From Raja brachyura (lineage: Eukaryota), in NCBI GenBank assembly GCA_963514005.1, contig OY740792.1, positions 18,786,001 to 18,850,000 of the forward strand: a stretch of DNA of 64,000 bases, given 5' to 3'. Of the stretch, positions 61,961 to 64,000 are shown one piece after another. The notes below the pieces were generated by a model that saw nothing but the letters and a program-made list of their open reading frames with translations, had not been told where the DNA came from and searched no databases. The translations under genes were made by a program, and so were the position numbers. Position 1 is the first letter of the stretch, and the number at the start of each line of letters is the position of its first letter.

Positions 61961-63932
61961 AAAAAGAGTCAAAGAGTCAAAAGAGTCAAAAGAGTTTATT
62001 GTCATGTGTCCCTGACAGGACAATAAAAATCTTTCTTTGCATAGCACAACAGAACATAGAAGGCATTGACTACAATTCTATACATAAATACACCCATGAA
62101 TTAATAAATTAATAAAGTGCAAATAACAGATGGAGGGATATTAATGTTCAGAGTTCCGAGCCAGGTTTAATAGCCTGATGGCTGTGGGGAAGTAGCTATT
62201 CCTAAACCGGGTTGTTGCAGTCTTCAGGCTCCTGTACCTTCTACCCGAAGGTAACAGGGAGATGAGTGTGTGGCTAGGGTGGTGTGGGTCCTTGATGATG
62301 CTGCCAGCCTTTTTGAGGCAGCGACTGTGATAAATCCCCTCGATGGAAGGAAGGTCAGAGCCGATGATGGACTGGGCAGTGTTTACTACTTTTTGTAGTC
62401 TTTTCCTCTCCAGGGCGCTCAAGTTGCCGAACCAAGCCACGATGCAACCAGTCAGCAAGCTCTCTACTGTACACCTGTAGAAATTAGAGAGCGTCCTCCT
62501 TGACAGATCAACTCTCCGTAATCTTCTCAGGAAGTAGAGGCGCTGATGAAATTTCTTAATAATTGCATCTGTGTTCTCGGACCAGGAAAGATCTTCACAG
62601 ATGCGCACGCCCAGGAATTTGAAGCTCTTGACCCTTTCAACCATCAACCCGTTGATATAAACAGGAGTGTGGGTCCCCATCCTACTCCTTCCAAAGTCCA
62701 CAATCAGTTCCTTGGTTTTGCTGGTGTTGAGGGCCAGGTTGGTGTGCTGGCACCATAGGGACAGTTGCTCGATCTCTCTTCTATACTCAGTCTCATCCCC
62801 ATCAGTGATACGTCCCACAACAGTGGTGTCGTCAGCGAACTTGATGATGGAGTTCGTGCTATGACCGGCTACGCAGTCATGAGTATAGAGTGAGTACAGC
62901 AGGGGGCTGAGCACGCAGTTCTGAGGTGCTCCCTTGCTGATTGTTATCGAGTCTGACACATTTCCACCAATACGAACAGACTGTGGTCTGTGGATGAGGA
63001 AGTCGAGGATCCAATTGCAGAGGGATGCGCAGTGACCCAGTTCTGTGAGTTTGGTAACCAGCTTGGAGGGGATGATTGCGTTAAATGCCGAGCTGTAGTC
63101 AATGAATAGCAGCCTGACATATGAGTTTTTGTTGTCCAAGTGGTCCAGAGCAGAGTGGAGGGCCAGCGAGATCACATCCACCATTGATCTGTTGTGGCGG
63201 TAAGCGAACTGCAGTGGGTCCAGGTTTTTTTCGAGGTAGGAGTTGATTTGCGCCATGATCAACCTCTCGAAGCACTTCATCACCACAGGCGTTAGTGCCA
63301 CTGGTCGATAGTCATTGAGGCACGTCACCTTGCTCTTCTTGGGCACCGGTATCATTGATGCCCTTTTGAAGCAGGTGGGAACCCCAGACCTCAGAAGTGA
63401 CAGGTTGAAAATGTCCATAAAAACTCCAGCCAGTTGGTCCGCACAGGTTTTTAGGACACGACCAGGTATGCCATCAGGTCCAGACGCTTTTCGAGGGTTC
63501 ACCCCTCTGAAGGATTTCCTGACGTCGGCCTCTGTGACTGAGACTGAAATACCATCACAGTGAATAGGGGCTCGGGAAGGCACATCGGTGTTCTCCCTAT
63601 CAAAGCGTGCGTAAAATACATTGAGCTCATCAGGGAATGATGTATCGCCGACATCCGAGCTGCCTCCTGGTTTCGCCTTGTAAGAGGTGATTGCATTCAG
63701 TCCCCGCCACAGCTGCCGAACATCTGTCTCATCCTCCAGCTTGGAGCAGAACTCCCTTTTGGCCTTTTTGATGGCCTTACCAAGGTCGTATCTGGACTTC
63801 TTGTAGACCACTGTGTCATCAGACATGAATGCCCGGTGTCTGGTCTTCAGAAGACTGTGGATCTCACAGTTCATCCAAGGTTTCTGATTGGGAAACACTC
63901 GGAAGGTTTTTGTAGGGATGCAGTCCTCCACA
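61961..63932 (-). mobile_element. Young 5'-truncated Rex1/Babar-type LINE
   Basis: (AAGAGTCA)-like tail, 3' UTR shared with 44913 and 54075, CCACACC at both junctions. Confidence 0.92.
62141..63932 (-). CDS. Uninterrupted Rex1/Babar RT reading frame (5'-truncated, lacks endonuclease and native start)
   Basis: ~597 open codons with KASGPDGIPG, CLNDYRPVALT, DYSSAFN, KFADD, QRLYFLRRL. Confidence 0.8.
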
Positions 63933-64000
63933 CCCATGTTCAAGAACAGCTATGGTCCTACAATCATCTGGATCTTGAACCAACTTGCAGAACCCTAATT

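Larger units (their letters stand above)
61220..64000 (+). mobile_element. Old Rex1-type LINE fragment (61220-61960, resumes ~63933) split by a younger Rex1
   Basis: FADNTTVVG, AYRREIE, RYKGLRSHT then FKNSY after the insert. Confidence 0.75.

Overview
Repeat-dense vertebrate genomic DNA with no host gene that I can confidently call. Dominance of CR1 LINEs plus HE1-like tRNA SINEs suggests a cartilaginous fish (skate/ray/shark); this is an inference. Nearly all long ORFs derive from transposons. These include two young CR1 ORF2 copies (3-2798 with one nonsense codon; 15081-17932 nested in an older CR1), Rex1/Babar-type LINEs, a near full-length decayed L1 (minus, ~55.1-60.9 kb), an IR/DR Tc1 transposon with TA TSDs (28360-29928) and a non-autonomous chimeric Helitron carrying two minisatellites (37225-39088). 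There is also an internally deleted Gypsy-type LTR element with an over-long tRNA-Leu PBS (11172-12003), about ten SINEs, and more than a dozen Penelope-derived repeats carrying a minimal hammerhead-ribozyme motif. A CpG-rich region at ~24.6-27.2 kb and a possible exon at 23584-23700 (minus) may mark the 5' end of a host gene. One 140-N assembly gap is present. Coordinates were read by eye, so boundaries of old fragments are approximate.
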